From: a bacterium
GTDB taxonomy: Bacteria; Patescibacteriota; Gracilibacteria; Peribacterales; Peribacteraceae
Direction of reading: 5' to 3'
NCBI GenBank assembly: GCA_029558515.1
Contig: JAKQEM010000032.1
Coordinates: 3,987-67,986 of the forward strand
DNA length: 64,000 nt
This document shows, one piece after another, positions 54,949 through 64,000 of the stretch. Made by a program: the position numbers and the translations under genes. A model generated the notes under the pieces. It worked only from the letters and a program-made list of their open reading frames with translations, had not been told where the DNA came from and made no database searches. How positions within the stretch are numbered: position 1 is the stretch's first letter; each line of letters begins with the position of its first letter.

Positions 54949-56022
54949 TCACCGCAACGTCTCCACGTCCACCACCCGATCGTATCGTCTTCCATTCCAG
55001 AGCAGGGTGGGAATCTTGATGGTGCGGATGTCTTCTTCCGCGATGCGGCGCTGCTCCGCGATGCTCTCGGCGATCTCCGGTGAAGCGGCAAGATCGGCAA
55101 TCCGAGCGATCTGCTCCGCTGTGTATCCGATCTCACGGAGCATCGCTTGCAATCGGTCCTCCGCCTGCGCACGGTTGAAGATGAGGGAGAATTGTGTTTG
55201 AAGATCGATGGCATCATCCGTGGGAACCGTGAAGATTTGCTCCAGCAGTTGCCAATCGCCCGGAGGAACGGCGGCGCCATCCGCAAGCGTGACACGCTTG
55301 GCTGCCTCGATGTACGACGCCATCAACAGGGAGTGCGGAAACTTGTAGCCGCCATTCGGCAGCGGAATCGGATACAGAAGATACGTGACGTTCGCACGGT
55401 CCATGAGCGTGGCTTCAAGCATGTTGTGCGTCAATTTCTTACAGAACTGACAACTTGGATCGACGATTTCCAGCGCGTACGGTTTGGACGGATCCTCCGG
55501 GCGGAAGAAAGATGCCGATGGCGGCAAAAAATCTTGCGCGTTCCAGACGCGCAGACGATCGGGAATGAGCGACACCGCCGTGCCGAAGCGGACGAACGGA
55601 CCGATCACCCACTCGCCGACGCGCCCTTCGGCAACGGCCTGTCTGATGCCGAGCGTCTCCTGATCCACTCCGCACGCCTCACCGCCCAGCGTGCACGATT
55701 CCACGTTGCGCGGATCACACGTGCCGTAGACCCAGTAATTCAGACCGCCGTTTGCGACGTAGACGAGACTCCAGATGCTTAAGCCGACGAAAGCGAATGA
55801 AATCCAATCCAACCAGCGATCCAGAAATTTCGCCAGTCGCGGCATGCGGAAAATCAACTTGGAGAGCAGACGCCCGCGCATCTCATCGCCGAAACTGATG
55901 TCGCATGGTTGAAAAGAAATGCGCTTCCAGGTGCAGTGCCACGCGGCTTTGGCAAGCGGCCGATACGCCGCGGAGAAGATGCTGAGGACGGCGAAGACGA
56001 TGAAAGCGGCGATGCAGAACAT
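54949..56022 (-). CDS. Membrane-anchored DsbA/thioredoxin-fold protein
   Basis: N-terminal TM segments with Cys, DPSCQFC (CxxC), C-terminal IPTL cis-Pro motif. Confidence 0.75.
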   Translation of the reverse strand: MFCIAAFIVFAVLSIFSAAYRPLAKAAWHCTWKRISFQPCDISFGDEMRGRLLSKLIFRMPRLAKFLDRWLDWISFAFVGLSIWSLVYVANGGLNYWVYGTCDPRNVESCTLGGEACGVDQETLGIRQAVAEGRVGEWVIGPFVRFGTAVSLIPDRLRVWNAQDFLPPSASFFRPEDPSKPYALEIVDPSCQFCKKLTHNMLEATLMDRANVTYLLYPIPLPNGGYKFPHSLLMASYIEAAKRVTLADGAAVPPGDWQLLEQIFTVPTDDAIDLQTQFSLIFNRAQAEDRLQAMLREIGYTAEQIARIADLAASPEIAESIAEQRRIAEEDIRTIKIPTLLWNGRRYDRVVDVETLR

Positions 56023-56025
56023 ATG

Positions 56026-56064
56026 AGGGAGTAGGTTGTAGGGTGTAGGGAGTAGGGAGTAGGA
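56026..56064. repeat. Heptamer tandem repeat (GGGAGTA-like)
   Basis: ggggagta ggttgta gggtgta gggagta gggagta. Confidence 0.7.
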
Positions 56065-56078
56065 CGATGAAGATGCGG

Positions 56079-57287
56079 TCAGATGGCTCGTACTATCGTT
56101 TCGAGAGTTGTCACAAATCTATCCACATCCGCCATCGTGTTATGCAGACCGATGGAAGCGCGCAGGAGCGGCGGCAGGTGACGGTTGTGCTGCAGCTCGT
56201 AGTGGCAGCAGAAGTGACCGCTGCGACACATGACGTTCTTTTCATCCAAGTAAAGCGCCAAACGGTGCGCGTCGATGCCGTCGACGTACAGGCTGAGAAT
56301 ACTCCCCGGTTTCCCATTGACGACCGTGACCGCGGGGATCGCCGAGACACGATCGAACAAAGCCTGCGCCAGCGCGTGCTCACTGCCCGCGATGTGCTGC
56401 TTTCGCAACCAGGCGGCAGCTTCCCGCAAGCCGATGATCCCGCTCCAGTTCTGCAGACCCGGCTCCAATCTGGCGTGTTCGTCCGCGCCGGTGAAGAGTC
56501 CGAATGAATCGTGCTCCACCGACTCAACGGTGCCACCTCCCAGAAAGAACGGCTGCAGACTACGGAGAAGTGACCTCCGGATGACGATGAAGCCGACGCT
56601 GGGTCCGTACATTTTATGGCCCGATCCGAACGCCGCATCGAAATCGACACCGCGTAACGCCGCCGGATCGTGTCCGCAACTCTGCGCGGCATCGAGGAGC
56701 AGAATCCCTCCGTGTGCATGGACATCGTCCGCAAGCGTATCTGCATTCGGCAACGTGCGTCCATCGATATTGGATGCGTTATTCACGAGGACAATCGTCT
56801 TCTGCAGTTGCGACTGCTTGTACTCCAGACTGCCGTCCTCACTGCGCGGCAGCACCAAGCGCTCCTTCCCGTTGCGCTGCGCCCACGTCATGCTGGGAAG
56901 AAACACGGAATTATGTTCGATGGTAGAGGTGACGATGCGATCGTAGGGGTCGACGGGCAATTGGTGGAGCACCAGATTGATGCCGTAGGTGGTATTGAGC
57001 GTGAAGGCGACGGCGTACTCCTTCTCCGATTTACCGCAGAGCTGAAGAATTTCCGTACGCGCTCCCTGCACGCGTTCATCCACCCACTTGCCCCACTTGT
57101 ACCGCACGCGACCGCCGCAGGCATTGTGATGCAACACGTATTCCTGCTCCGCATCAACGACCAAACGGATGCGCGGCGTTTGGCACGCACTGTCCATGTA
57201 GCAGACATCCGCAGGAAGATGGGAGAATACCGGGAGACGATTGCTGCTATCTGCAACCGATGCGGGGCGCTTGCTGAAGAACGTCAT
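56079..57287 (-). CDS. Class V PLP aminotransferase / SufS-like cysteine desulfurase
   Basis: YMDSA, EHNS, LDAAQS, SGHKMYGP, RSGHFCC, LRASIGLHN. Confidence 0.85.
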   Translation of the reverse strand: MTFFSKRPASVADSSNRLPVFSHLPADVCYMDSACQTPRIRLVVDAEQEYVLHHNACGGRVRYKWGKWVDERVQGARTEILQLCGKSEKEYAVAFTLNTTYGINLVLHQLPVDPYDRIVTSTIEHNSVFLPSMTWAQRNGKERLVLPRSEDGSLEYKQSQLQKTIVLVNNASNIDGRTLPNADTLADDVHAHGGILLLDAAQSCGHDPAALRGVDFDAAFGSGHKMYGPSVGFIVIRRSLLRSLQPFFLGGGTVESVEHDSFGLFTGADEHARLEPGLQNWSGIIGLREAAAWLRKQHIAGSEHALAQALFDRVSAIPAVTVVNGKPGSILSLYVDGIDAHRLALYLDEKNVMCRSGHFCCHYELQHNRHLPPLLRASIGLHNTMADVDRFVTTLETIVRAI

Positions 57288-57459
57288 AGGTGCGGGAAGT
57301 GTACAGGAGCTGACCACATTTCGAACGTATTTTTCTTGCGTTTCACGGATGACTGACGGCCACCCTTGTCCGCCGCGGCAAAGGCGTCATTCCCCCTCGG
57401 CACTCTCGGCGCAAGTAATGAGACTGCGCGCAGATCTCCCCTCTTTCTCACGATCATGC

Positions 57460-57488
57460 TTGCATTCCCCTGATTATCACTCTATACT
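57460..57488 (+). promoter_or_regulatory. sigma70 promoter for hsp20
   Basis: TTGCAT-N17-TATACT. Confidence 0.55.
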
Positions 57489-57523
57489 ACCGATTGATAA
57501 TTTACTTCTTTCCCCCCATTCCT

Positions 57524-57961
57524 ATGAACCAAATGGTTCCCTGGCGAAGGAAGTCCGTCGTCCCGCGGCCCTTCGACGAACTGTTCTGGGACCCCTTCAT
57601 GGCCTTCGCAGATATGGACAGACGCTCGAGTGCGTTTGTGCCTGCCACCGACATCGCCGAGACCGAGAAGGACATCATCGTCACGGCGGATGCCCCCGGC
57701 TACGATCCCAAGCAGATCGAAGTGAGCTTGGAGAACGGACTGCTCACCATCAGCGGAAAAATGCAGGAAGAAGCGGAGGAGAAGGGCAAGCGTTGGCGCC
57801 GCCGCGAGACGGCATCGGGGAACTTCCTGGTGCAGTTCTCCATGCCGCAGGGCGTGGATGAGGAGAAAGTGACGTGTCGCACGAAGAACGGCCGCCTCAC
57901 GGTGACGATCCCCAAATCCGCCAAATCCCAGAAACGCACGCTGCAGGTGGAGGAGGAGTGA
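57524..57961 (+). CDS. Hsp20 small heat-shock protein
   Basis: PATDIAE, DAPG, GLLTISG, KNGRLTVTIPK. Confidence 0.92.
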   Translation: MNQMVPWRRKSVVPRPFDELFWDPFMAFADMDRRSSAFVPATDIAETEKDIIVTADAPGYDPKQIEVSLENGLLTISGKMQEEAEEKGKRWRRRETASGNFLVQFSMPQGVDEEKVTCRTKNGRLTVTIPKSAKSQKRTLQVEEE

Positions 57962-57965
57962 GGAG

Positions 57966-57993
57966 TGGTATTGGGTATGGGGTATGGGGTGTC
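57966..57993. repeat. Heptamer tandem repeat (GGGTATG-like)
   Basis: ggtattg ggtatgg ggtatgg ggtgtc between convergent hsp20 and proS. Confidence 0.6.
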
Positions 57994-58013
57994 GGTTGAC
58001 GGCACCCCCTCTT

Positions 58014-59441
58014 TTAGTACGCCTTCGCATAGAGCGCATACTCGGTGGCGGGAGCGCCGGATTGCGGATCGGTCTTCCCCTTCGCATTGGCTCGATCCCC
58101 CAGGAGACGAATCGTCGCCTTGGTCGCGTCCTTGATCTGCGTGGCTGTTTCCAGCGTGCCGTCCCACGGCATCCACACAAACCCGCCCTCCCCTTCCAGC
58201 AACTTTGAACACTGCGTCATGTCATCGGCGATGTGCGTGTGCGCTTCCAAATGTGCGATCGCCTGCTGCAACAACGTTTCCTGAATGGACGTCAGAAGGG
58301 ACTGCACGAATGCTCCCGTGCATGAAGCCAAAGGAACGGCAATTTTCTCGGCCGTATCTCGACGCACGAACGTCGCCTGCCGTTTCTCCAAATCCTTCGG
58401 ACCCAATTCGATGCGCAGCGGCACGCCCTTCACCTCCCACTCGTTGAACTTGAATCCCGGTGATTTCTCCGCACGATCATCGATCTTCAGGCGGATGCCC
58501 CCGAGAGATGCGCAGAGCGTGCGTGCCGCCGTCAGTACCGCTTCCCGCTCCGCATCGGTCTTGTAAATGGGCACGATGACCGCTTGTATCGGGGCAATGC
58601 GCGGGGGGATGCGCAGACCCTTCTCATCGCCATGCACCACGATGAGCGTGCCGATGATACGCGTAGAGAGGCCCCAACTCGTCATCCAAGGGCGCTGCTG
58701 CTTTCCTTCCGCATCAAGGAACGACACGCCGTACGCCTCGGAAAACCCCTGCCCCAGATTGTGCGACGTCCCCGCCTGAATCGCCTTACCGTCGCGCGCG
58801 AGCGCTTCCGTGGAGAGTGTGTACAGAGCGCCTGCGAATTTCTCGTGCTCCGGCTTGCGTCCGGTGAGGACGGGAATCGCGAGCATCTCCCGATCGAAAT
58901 CCGCATACATCTGCAATGCAGCGTTCACCATCGTATCGGCATCCTCTTTCGAAATATGACAGGTGTGCCCCTCCTGCCAGAGAAATTCCAACGTTCGCAG
59001 GAAAGGCCGCGTGCGCATTTCCCATCGAACGACATTGGCCCATTGGTTGATCTTGAGCGGCAGATCGCGGTGACTCTGTACCCACTTCGCAAAGGTGGTG
59101 TAGATGATCGTCTCACTGGTGGGACGGACGTACAGCTTTTCACTGAGTTCCTTGCCGCCGCCGTGAGTCACCACCGCGCACTCCGGAGCAAACCCTTCGA
59201 TGTGATCCTTCTCCCTCTGCAGGATCGACTCCGGGATGAAGAGAGGAAAGTAGACATTGTCGACTCCCAGCTCCTTGATGCGTCGATCCAAATCACGCTG
59301 AATCGCTTCCCACAGAGCGTACCCGTAAGGTTTGAAAATGATGCACCCGCGCACCTCCGCGTGCTCGGCAAGACCCGCCTGCTCGATGACGTCTAAGTAC
59401 CACTGTGGAAAATCGGTCTTTTGATCTGCGATGCGAGCCAC
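58014..59441 (-). CDS. proS: Prolyl-tRNA synthetase (archaeal/eukaryotic type)
   Basis: RPTSET, QWANVVRWE, FLRTLEFLWQEGH, QAGTSHNLGQ, C-terminal AKAY. Confidence 0.95.
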   Translation of the reverse strand: MARIADQKTDFPQWYLDVIEQAGLAEHAEVRGCIIFKPYGYALWEAIQRDLDRRIKELGVDNVYFPLFIPESILQREKDHIEGFAPECAVVTHGGGKELSEKLYVRPTSETIIYTTFAKWVQSHRDLPLKINQWANVVRWEMRTRPFLRTLEFLWQEGHTCHISKEDADTMVNAALQMYADFDREMLAIPVLTGRKPEHEKFAGALYTLSTEALARDGKAIQAGTSHNLGQGFSEAYGVSFLDAEGKQQRPWMTSWGLSTRIIGTLIVVHGDEKGLRIPPRIAPIQAVIVPIYKTDAEREAVLTAARTLCASLGGIRLKIDDRAEKSPGFKFNEWEVKGVPLRIELGPKDLEKRQATFVRRDTAEKIAVPLASCTGAFVQSLLTSIQETLLQQAIAHLEAHTHIADDMTQCSKLLEGEGGFVWMPWDGTLETATQIKDATKATIRLLGDRANAKGKTDPQSGAPATEYALYAKAY

Positions 59442-59470
59442 GGCAAAGAGGGGGGAAATTCCCCCATACT

Positions 59471-59893
59471 CTACACTGTCATTCTGCTCAGTGCGATGCC
59501 TGCATACGTGATGACGGTTCCGAAGACGATCCCCGCAAGAACTTCCTTCAGCGAATGACCGATACGCGTGCGCAGGTGCGTGAAATGCTGCAGCTTGTTA
59601 AGCATCTCCGCCTGCAGGCCGACTTCCCTCCGCAAGCTGATGGCGTCGTACCAGACAACCGCCGCCAGCGTGAAGGCGAGGGCGAAATCCACGGAGTCAA
59701 AGCCGCGGGACCGCTCGACCACGATGAGCAATGACGTCACAAACGCGGAATGAGAGCTGGGCATGCCGCCCGTGCGGAAGATGCCATTGTGCCACGTGCC
59801 CGTCCGTCTATGCTCCGTCAGCATTTTCGCGATCTCCGAGAGGAGCATCACGAGCACGGGAATCAGGAAGGGGTAGGTGCGGAGGAGGGACAT
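59471..59893 (-). CDS. Divergent PAP2 family protein (DUF212)
   Basis: GGMPSSHSA, VWYDAISLRREVG, GHSLKEVLAG. Confidence 0.88.
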   Translation of the reverse strand: MSLLRTYPFLIPVLVMLLSEIAKMLTEHRRTGTWHNGIFRTGGMPSSHSAFVTSLLIVVERSRGFDSVDFALAFTLAAVVWYDAISLRREVGLQAEMLNKLQHFTHLRTRIGHSLKEVLAGIVFGTVITYAGIALSRMTV

Positions 59894-60003
59894 GGGATTG
59901 GGGATTGGAGATTGGGAATTTGGGATTTGTTGTTTGTACCTCGTTGTTCGTTATTTCGTTCCTTCATTCGTCCTACTCCCTACCACCTACTCCCTACCAC
60001 CTC
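59894..60003. repeat. Three adjacent heptamer tracts (GGGATTG; TTGTTCG; CCTACTC/CCTACCA)
   Basis: Seen directly in the intergenic sequence. Confidence 0.75.
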
Positions 60004-60004
60004 A

Positions 60005-60550
60005 TCAATACAACTGTCGCTCGATTCGTATAACGATTCCTTCCTTCGATTCCGTCTTGTACGCGCGGCCTTTCAGGAGGTTGCCGAGCATGGCGTCGAT
60101 GTCCGCAGCGCGCAGTGTCACCGTGAACATTCTTCCCATGGCATGGAGGGTCAGTGTCGTGGTGCCGTCCTCGCCACGCGACTCGCCGATTGTCAATTCT
60201 TCGTCACTTAAGCCCGACTCCGCCAGCACCTTGTACTTGATGCCATCGATGAACAAACCGTCCCGATGAAATGCCACCTTGTGCGCGGGAGAGTGCACAT
60301 TCGGCGGAAGGGCATCCTGCAAAACTGCGGCCTTCGCGACCAAAGCGGCGGATGACGTGACCTTTTTCGGTGCCGACGGCTTGACGGCAGGAACGGCGTT
60401 CGATGTCCCGAGCTCCGGTTTACGAACGGTCTTCACAGGTTTCTTCGGTTTCTGCGGTTGTTTCGTAGCTGGCTTCTTCTTACGAAAATCCCCGAACGCC
60501 TTCAGCATTCTGGAGGTGATGCTGCGCTTTGGTCGATGGGAAGACGGCAT
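60005..60550 (-). CDS. Hypothetical protein (basic, disordered N-terminus)
   Basis: Lys/Pro-rich N-terminus and globular C-terminus. Confidence 0.6.
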   Translation of the reverse strand: MPSSHRPKRSITSRMLKAFGDFRKKKPATKQPQKPKKPVKTVRKPELGTSNAVPAVKPSAPKKVTSSAALVAKAAVLQDALPPNVHSPAHKVAFHRDGLFIDGIKYKVLAESGLSDEELTIGESRGEDGTTTLTLHAMGRMFTVTLRAADIDAMLGNLLKGRAYKTESKEGIVIRIERQLY

Positions 60551-60604
60551 AGAGACGAAGGATACCTGGTAACGTATCACTGATGACGCATCATTCAAAT
60601 CATC

Positions 60605-63600
60605 CTACGCCGCCGTAGCGGGAGCGGTCTGCGTCGCGGAAGCAGGTGCAGCCGGACGTGCGGGAGTGACGGCGGGGGCCGGCGGCAGCGTTGCTTGGAT
60701 GAGTGCCCACATCGTGTCGAATGACAACAGATGTACGTTGTTCCCGATCACTTCGTAGGAAGCGTCTCGGTGTTGATCGATGCTCTCAAACGCGACATCA
60801 TTGGGATTGCCGTCCACCAGAGCCAAGCGCATCGCGGCGATCGTCTGAATGATCTGCTCCGGAGAAGCCGGCGTGCCCGATTGCACGCGACTCACGAGAT
60901 CACGCACGACGGTGAGTGCCCGTTCGGCATAGGCGCCGCGGGCAATCGCTCGCAGATTTTCCTCACTCTGCCAGTTGCCCCCGAGCACACTGCTCCAGTT
61001 GGAGTAATCGGCTGCGAGGATTTTGGTCTCGCAGGCGGCCAGTTCATGACGAACGGCAAGGAGTAATTTCCAGGGGGCTTGCTGTGCAAAGACAGTCGGG
61101 TGGCCGGAGAGCGATGCGATATCCGTCGCTTGCATCGTTTCAAACCGTACGGAGATTTCATCAATTTCCTTCTGTTTTTCCGCCCAGGAACGCAGATCTT
61201 CTTTGGCCGATTCCGGATGGGAAAGATCCACTCGATGCGTGAGCGTGCACTGTTTCGCATAGAGTTCCGCCTTCCGTAACACGACGGGGTCGACCAGTGT
61301 GAAATGCCCACGCGTTGCTTCTCTCAGGTAGGTCAGTGCGGATGTGGCGAAGTAACCGAGCTCGTCTTGCATGCGTGTTTTGACACGCATTTGGATGTCT
61401 GCCGGTGGCAGTTTTTGATCCGCTTCTGACAGCTCTTCTTTCGTGAACGGAGGCAACACCATTCTTGCCGTTTGGCGATAGTAAGCGCGGTACCCTTCCA
61501 TGCGCGCGCCTTCGTTCGCTTCATCAAAGGTATCTGACATATCCGGTGCGGCATACGCAACAGCGGGGTCCGGTATGCCGGCAAGCAAGAGATTGCGCGC
61601 GTACTTGGCGGGATTGGCAGCAAGACCCTGACCCCAAGTGGCAAATTGCCCCGGAGCTGTTTGACCGATGTGCTGCAGAATTTGCCCGGCGGTTTCCTGC
61701 TCCAATTCCTTCTCCGTCTTCAGCATGTAGGTGGTGCCTTCTTCAATGTTCTCGCGAATCGGCTGTCCCACTGCATTGGAAGCAATCATTGCGACGCCGA
61801 CTGGCATCAACGGAGAGTAGAGCAGTCCCGTGCCGACCGTGTTGAATGTTTGTCCTCCAACCAATCCCGGTCCGCCAATGAATCCTTTTGCAGAAAGCTC
61901 CCGCTCCAATTGTGCTTTTTTTGCCGGATCCGTTTCCCCTTCAATTTCACTGAGCAGGCGCGGGCGTTCATTTGCAAAGTAATTATATGCTTCCGTACCT
62001 ACCAAGAGAGTATCCAGCACGACGGTCCCTTTGACGAGTCCGGCAACCTTGGCGAGTGGAGCGGGAACGGGGATGCGCCCGACGATGTTTTTGGCAGCAG
62101 AGACAACACCGTTCTTGGCAGATCCAAGAGCTCGAGTAAATCGTTTCAAACCAGGGATACTATTCCAGATCATTCGTGTATTTGCGACTATATCTCGAGC
62201 AAGTTGGTTTTTCGTGAAATACTCCGCCGCATCTATCACTTCCTTATCCAGCGGCGGCACATGCATTTTCAGTGCTCTAAAAAGTTCTTCCCATACAGCC
62301 TTTCCCCCCTGTGATTTACAACATTCTTCCAAATATTTGAGTAGTTTAGGCTCTGTCTCAATAGCTCTAAATATTTTAGTAAATCTCGCAGCATTATCCT
62401 GATATTGAGCAGTGGTAGTCCAATGGAGTATTCTTGTCTTCAACCAATCCTTTCCTGAATTCGCCATTGCAGGTTGAATTTTCCCAGGAGAAAATTTTTC
62501 CATCCATGTGTAATATCTGTGGATTGCATATGGTGTCACAACTGCGGCAGTAATAGCTGTCTTGGGATTTTCCGAGATTGCCGATTTGATCGCTGATCCG
62601 GCTTCTACCGCCGAACCGGCAATGACGCCCAATACACCTTTGCCCGCTTCGGAAAGCACGCTTCCCAGTATTTCTTGCGCTTGCTCCAGTGCCGCCGGAT
62701 CTAGATTTTCCCATTCTTTCGAAAATTCCTCCATGCCCGAAGCGGTGAATTTTCCCGCGATGCGCTGCATCATGTCATACTTCTTCGGCTTCAGTCCGAT
62801 GATACTTCCACCGTATTCGCGCCGGGTGACGTATTTCAGAACGGCAGCTTGCATCAGTACCACGCCCGCGGGGTTGCCATCCTCGATCATTTTGCGATAC
62901 AAGTACAAACGCAGCACTTCATCCACCGTCATCCAGTCTTGCATGTAGGCGGTGACAACATTCAAATTATGTTCCATGTTGGATTCCGACCACACGTCCG
63001 GATCCAAAAATACTTTGTGGAAAAAAGGCAACATGCAAGTGGCCGTTTCGCGGGTCGCTGCTTCCTCTGTGACGAATCGGTAGAGTGCTTGTTCCTCCGC
63101 GGGAGCATCCGTATTCGGCGCGCCGTACGCCCGCAACAAAATTCCTCCTTGATGCAATGCCAATCGCACCAAACTCTCCGTGGTGATCGAGGCTTTCTCC
63201 TCTTCCGTCATGGGAATGTTGTCTTCCATGAAAGTGCGCAGTTGCATTTTCAGATCTTCACTGAGATCAGAAAGCGTACCCAAATTCTTGAGATCCATGA
63301 GCGCACTGCGATTTTCATACGCTCGCTGCAAAATATCAGCCGCCTGTTCCGCATGCGTATAGACAAACGCCACTTGCTTAATGAAGGGAACAAACGGCAT
63401 GGCATCCACCTTGGCCGTCGCGGCTTCAAAGGTCAGACCATCGCGCTTCATCATGCGATCAATGAGTTTTGGTTTTTGCGTCGTGCAGAACGTACGCAGG
63501 AGCTCCGTCGCTTGCCTGTTATCTTCCGCCGTTCTCTCATGTTCTTCTCCGACCGCAAATGCGCGCGTGCCGGAAACGATGTCCGCCACCGTAAGCGTGG

Positions 63601-64000
63601 CATTCGCAGGATGCTGCATGATGCCGTAAATGGTTCTCTGTTTGTCAGTGTTGACAAGTGCCCAATCCGGTGACGGGCAGAAGCGTGCAAGGCCGCTCGC
63701 AATCGCATATTCCGTGCCGGTTTCCACGGCTTCCGCTCCGACTTCCCGAGTGCGGTCCACGACGGCGGGCGGAACGGGTGCTGCCGTCGGCGCATCGCCG
63801 GCGGTTGGTTGCGTGAGGTACGCTTTCATTTTTTCTTCCAATTCCTCCCTCTTTTGTTTGAGTTCCGCAAACTCTTTCTCCGTGAAGTTTCCTACGTTTT
63901 TCAATTGTTCCTGTACGTTTGCCCATTCTTTTTGCAGTTTGCGCAATCCCATTTTTTCCACTTGTTTCAAGATTGCCTTACCGCCAACGTACGCCGCCAC
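60605..64000 (-). CDS. Large hypothetical protein, 5'-truncated by window edge
   Basis: More than 1131 aa of open frame; no recognisable motif; Ala/Pro-rich ends and some Gly-rich hydrophobic segments. Confidence 0.75.
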   Translation of the reverse strand: MAAYVGGKAILKQVEKMGLRKLQKEWANVQEQLKNVGNFTEKEFAELKQKREELEEKMKAYLTQPTAGDAPTAAPVPPAVVDRTREVGAEAVETGTEYAIASGLARFCPSPDWALVNTDKQRTIYGIMQHPANATLTVADIVSGTRAFAVGEEHERTAEDNRQATELLRTFCTTQKPKLIDRMMKRDGLTFEAATAKVDAMPFVPFIKQVAFVYTHAEQAADILQRAYENRSALMDLKNLGTLSDLSEDLKMQLRTFMEDNIPMTEEEKASITTESLVRLALHQGGILLRAYGAPNTDAPAEEQALYRFVTEEAATRETATCMLPFFHKVFLDPDVWSESNMEHNLNVVTAYMQDWMTVDEVLRLYLYRKMIEDGNPAGVVLMQAAVLKYVTRREYGGSIIGLKPKKYDMMQRIAGKFTASGMEEFSKEWENLDPAALEQAQEILGSVLSEAGKGVLGVIAGSAVEAGSAIKSAISENPKTAITAAVVTPYAIHRYYTWMEKFSPGKIQPAMANSGKDWLKTRILHWTTTAQYQDNAARFTKIFRAIETEPKLLKYLEECCKSQGGKAVWEELFRALKMHVPPLDKEVIDAAEYFTKNQLARDIVANTRMIWNSIPGLKRFTRALGSAKNGVVSAAKNIVGRIPVPAPLAKVAGLVKGTVVLDTLLVGTEAYNYFANERPRLLSEIEGETDPAKKAQLERELSAKGFIGGPGLVGGQTFNTVGTGLLYSPLMPVGVAMIASNAVGQPIRENIEEGTTYMLKTEKELEQETAGQILQHIGQTAPGQFATWGQGLAANPAKYARNLLLAGIPDPAVAYAAPDMSDTFDEANEGARMEGYRAYYRQTARMVLPPFTKEELSEADQKLPPADIQMRVKTRMQDELGYFATSALTYLREATRGHFTLVDPVVLRKAELYAKQCTLTHRVDLSHPESAKEDLRSWAEKQKEIDEISVRFETMQATDIASLSGHPTVFAQQAPWKLLLAVRHELAACETKILAADYSNWSSVLGGNWQSEENLRAIARGAYAERALTVVRDLVSRVQSGTPASPEQIIQTIAAMRLALVDGNPNDVAFESIDQHRDASYEVIGNNVHLLSFDTMWALIQATLPPAPAVTPARPAAPASATQTAPATAA

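Noticed and set aside
57398-57428. CIRCE upstream of hsp20
   Set aside because: Only a GCACTC half-site; no second half at 9-nt spacing.

Overview
64 kb of a GC-rich bacterial genome using the standard code. Gene content and SD-less, pyrimidine-rich leaders suggest Patescibacteria/CPR, probably Peribacteria-like (inference). Three parts. (1) About 1-15.5 kb: an integrated, capsid-less element carrying HEPN/PD-(D/E)xK defence genes, a type III R-M system, a large serine recombinase, two tandem terminase large subunits, a TerS-like HTH and two more DNA methyltransferases. (2) About 15.6-25.1 kb: a complete diversity-generating retroelement (TR, antisense avd, RT) with two targets. One is a MoxR-type AAA+ ATPase fused to a variable C-terminal domain, directly downstream of a transglutaminase-like/vWA protein; the other is a stand-alone paralogue of that domain. 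The local TR differs from both VRs at 10 shared non-adenine sites. A low-GC island with a dead recombinase follows (25.5-30.7 kb). (3) About 30.7-64 kb: core genes (pyrK/D/G, ppnN-like, guaB, add, purF, hppA, uvrC, rplY, rlmI, proS, etc.). Embedded in this part are two antisense four-helix-bundle genes bracketed by inverted 7/8-mer tandem repeats, a CIRCE-associated 12-aa Cys-rich micro-gene, a glycosyltransferase shifted out of frame by a heptamer tract, a UvrC with an inserted GNAT domain, a RAYT transposase with REP-like repeats, and a tandem gene duplication. All alignments and counts were done by eye; no database searches were run.
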